53,902 bases of DNA, taken from assembly GCA_000934665.2 (NCBI GenBank), contig KZ538689.1, forward strand, positions 1 through 53,902, given 5' to 3'. Shown piece by piece: positions 50,687-53,902 of this stretch (its first letter is position 1; every line of letters begins with the position of its first letter). This stretch comes from Catajapyx aquilonaris. Lineage: Eukaryota. Under the pieces are notes generated by a model. It was given only the letters and a program-made list of their open reading frames with translations. It had not been told where the DNA came from and did no database searches. Position numbers and translations under genes: made by a program.

Positions 50687-50880
50687 CTTTTTGATAACTC
50701 ATCGTCTCTCTCGGGGTCTCGTTCACGTGTTGATAAGGATCCGCTGGGGACTGATGCTGCATCTGCCAGCTGATCTGCAATTTCTAATCCAGCCTCATCG
50801 GCAATTTGTTGAATTAGAGAGTCAACTTGTTCCTTTGGTGTTGTCAGCGTTGTGGCTGTACCCATTGCATCTTCCACCAC
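50687..50880 (-). CDS. CHMP1A: CHMP1A exon
   Basis: VVEDAMGTATTLTTPKEQVDSLIQQIADEAGLE...DDELSK; donor AG|GTGTGG, phase 2. Confidence 0.92.
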
Positions 50881-50940
50881 CTGCAATTCAAATCAATCTA
50901 GTTTAGTTTATAGTTAAATTACAAGCATCTTCATACAAAC

Positions 50941-51069
50941 CGATGTCCTGACATCCAGGTCTTCAAACTGCTGTTCAAACTTCTCCATCACTTGTGACAC
51001 TTTTTGAAGGTCCATTGAGTTAAGAGCCTTATCCAATGCCTTGACTACAGAGGACATGTTTTTGGTTAC
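50941..51069 (-). CDS. CHMP1A: CHMP1A exon
   Basis: [47 protein letters not shown] borders, phase 0. Confidence 0.93.
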
Positions 51070-51133
51070 CTGAAAAAAGCAATGATGTAGCATACATTGG
51101 CACAGATGAGTGGCAAATAACTGAGTGCCCTAC

Positions 51134-51378
51134 TCCTTTCATGGTGACAGCTGACTGGACTTTGGATGAGACTGCATCCACTTTGGAGGACATACGAAGA
51201 TAATTTAAGCCTTCATTTTTCTTGCGGATGGCATTCTCAGCATAGATTCGTGCACCTTCCACATTTCCCTGTTGCAGTGCTTTCTTCACCTTGTTCTGCT
51301 GCACTTTCTGGTCTTTTTCAGCCTTATGTGACAGCTTCTCCAGCTGCTTTGCACAAAAACGCAGCTGGAAAAGTGTGT
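51134..51378 (-). CDS. CHMP1A: Charged multivesicular body protein 1a (ESCRT-III), first visible coding exon; start exon not found in window
   Basis: (D)[24 protein letters not shown]...[40 protein letters not shown] matches the CHMP1A pattern; ttgcag acceptor, GTAGGG donor. Confidence 0.93.
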
Positions 51379-51739
51379 CTGCAACACAAAAATATCTTCT
51401 GCAATATTATAACAATACCAATATATGGCAACAACAACAACGACGACGACAACAACAATACCATGGTACCCCTCAAATGACAGAATTCCTATGAAAAGGG
51501 TGGTGACCACATGAGCTAATCGTGACATCAGCAGATTATGATAAGACTGGCTGCATTTAATTAGTATTGGCATATAAAGAGGCAATTTCAGGCATCCAAA
51601 ACAGTTCTTGTAACTAGGACGTTGGAAAGATTTTAAACTCTCTTTGATGTGCTACCCAATAATTTTTTGGGGGAAAAAAATCCACTTTTTTACTGATCTG
51701 TTTGTGTGAATGGATCAATCAATGAGACAATAAGCTGTA

Positions 51740-52769
51740 CAGGGTGTATCAGGTCAAGCGCGCGCGAGGGGGTGGGGAAAAATCGTAGGTGGCAACAACG
51801 GTTTTATAAAATAATGAGAAATACGGCAGTAATCAATTTATTTATTACGGCCTACCGAAGCAGTGGTAGCGGAGGGGATTTGGTATCCGACTGCTAATCG
51901 GGAGGTCCTGGGTTCGAACCCCGGAGGCCGGCGATCCTGACCTTGGTTTTCTGTGGTTTTCCAAGGTCGCTCCAGGAATAATTTCCGGGATCGTACCATA
52001 ATATAGGCCACAGCCGCTTCCCTTCTTTCCCTGTCCTGGAGGAGATGCGGGTCAGTCGGGGGTTTCTGACCCGCATCTAGGGGGCCATCTATGGCGAACG
52101 GACCCCCTGAGGGACTGCACACGACCCCCAACTTGAGACATTGCACATGCACCAGTGTCCCTCCCTCCTATCCCTACCCTGTCCCTGCACCAGCTACTGT
52201 ACAATAATAAAAATAAAAATAAAGGTCCGTGTGATATACCCCCAGTTGGGGGTGAAAGCACTACCCCAGTTGTTGTTATTGTTATTATTATTTATTACGG
52301 CCTACGGCGTGACGTCACATCCTTTCTGTATTCGAATTGACCCCTGAGGCAAATGCAAGGCAAATGCTTTCAGTTGAACCTGGTTGAACTGGTTTTTAGC
52401 CTTGCAGGTTGCACTGAAAAAGGACCTCTCATGCTACACCGGCAGGGTACTGTGCAACGTAGTGTACTACTGTACAGTGGTGTGTTCAGTACCCTGCTGG
52501 TGTAGCATGAGAGCGCCTTTTTCAGTGCAACCCGCAAGGCTAAAAACCCGTTCAACCAGGTTCAACCAAAAGCATTTGCCTTGCATTTGCCAGTCCGCGG
52601 GGGTCAATTCGAATACAGAAAGGATGTGACGTCACGCCGTAGGATGTAATAAATAAATTGATTACTGCCATATTTCTCATTATTTTATAAAACCGACCGG
52701 GGTTGTCGCCACCTACGATTTTTCCCCACCCCCTCGCGCGCGCTTGACCTGTGACTCTGATACACCCTG
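51740..52769. mobile_element. Palindromic mariner-type MITE (same family as 9689-10279) interrupted by SINE A
   Basis: Same ends and body; TA flanks. Confidence 0.85.
51855..52287 (+). mobile_element. SINE family A
   Basis: TSD TTATTTATTACGGCCTAC (51838-51855, 52288-52305). Confidence 0.85.
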
Positions 52770-52773
52770 TATA

Positions 52774-53360
52774 CAGGGTGATTCACTAGTTAGCTGACCC
52801 TATTATAGCTTCCTAGCATACACAGAATACAAGCAAAGACACTGAGTTTGTTTTCAACATACCATATTTGATGTGAAACACGATGCCCTCACAGTAGGTG
52901 CTGCATAGATATGACTTGATGCAAAAGTCTGTTTCTGTATATACTACTTGGAAAACTACTGTCTGATTTATTTCACTCCCAACAGATGTCACCAAGCCCC
53001 CTTCTCCTCCACCCTTCCACCCCTCCATGGACTGTACTTGTTATCAGCCTAACCTCACACAAGTGGCATCACAAACAATGTTGTAATTAAATCATACACA
53101 CATACATTTTGTGATATAAATTATTAATGTGAGTGTTCATTGACACTCTGCGTATTCTCTTGTCATGGACAGGAAGGAATAGCGTTAACTATATATTGCA
53201 TTACTGGTGACAGCAATGACCACGTGCGTGAGGTTAGGTTGGTAACAAGTACAGTCCGTGAGGGGTGGAGATGAAGTGGGCTTGGTGACGTCGGTTGGGA
53301 GTGAAATAAATCGGACAGTACACACATTTACCTGGGTCAACTATCTAGTGAATCACCCTG
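52774..53360. mobile_element. Tc1/mariner-type MITE
   Basis: TA-CAGGGTGATTCACTAG ... CTAGTGAATCACCCTG-TA, with additional internal inverted repeats. Confidence 0.75.
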
Positions 53361-53798
53361 TAGCAGGTTCAGTAGCTACCTGTAGGTTACTTCTTTGTCT
53401 ACACTACAACCAAGAGCTCTTGCTACAACTGAGTCAGTGACAATGTGTGTTTTGCAACTGAGTCTTGCCTGCTGATATCATGAGATAAACTAATTGTTGC
53501 GAAGCTGAAGTTAACTGTACACTGTTCATGTTTTGGAACAGGAAGTGGGGATGAAAACTACATAGCTTTATCAAATAATAAAAACAATAATAATATTCTA
53601 GGAGAGTCAGGTCAGGAGAATATGCAGGCAAGATTACTGTATGCAATTGCCAGAGACGTTCTCCGACACCAAGAATTAGAGTGTATTGACGACACAGGAT
53701 AGTGCAACTGCACACATGGCTTCCTCATCATTCCAGTCATCAGGAGACATCTTTGGCAATTGCATAATCTGGCCTGCTCTTTTTCCTAACCTGTATTA

Positions 53799-53902
53799 GG
53801 GGACGTCCACATATTACGTAACGGTATTTTTGGCCATTTTTGACCCCCTCCCCCCCCTCTGTAACGGGACCGTAACGATCTCCTGAACCCCCCCTCCCCC
53901 CC
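53799..53902. mobile_element. Harbinger-like MITE, left end (cut by window edge)
   Basis: Nearly identical to the start of 36006-37088. Confidence 0.8.

Overview
Repeat-rich animal genomic DNA with GT-AG introns, probably from an arthropod; the species cannot be determined from the sequence. Three spliced genes lie on the minus strand. (1) A compact, divergent NSD/Mes-4-type H3K36 methyltransferase with 4 coding exons (21469->432, about 766 aa; PHD1-4, PWWP, AWS, SET, post-SET). (2) A methionine sulfoxide reductase A (MsrA; 35001/34349->32192) that the ORF track mostly misses because the catalytic codon is an in-frame TGA (ATFSMS-U-FWFPE). A well-formed eukaryotic SECIS element sits 35 nt after its stop, and a GC-rich hairpin follows the UGA, so it is very probably a selenoprotein. 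A candidate mitochondrial-presequence exon lies upstream. (3) CHMP1A (ESCRT-III), with four exons visible and the first exon not found. Introns and intergenic DNA hold several tRNA-derived SINE families with interchangeable tails, Tc1/mariner, piggyBac-like, hAT-like, Harbinger-like and Kolobok-like MITEs (often nested), long foldbacks, LINE remnants and microsatellites. Exon structures were built by hand from splice signals and frame continuity. Family assignments rest on recalled motifs, not database searches.
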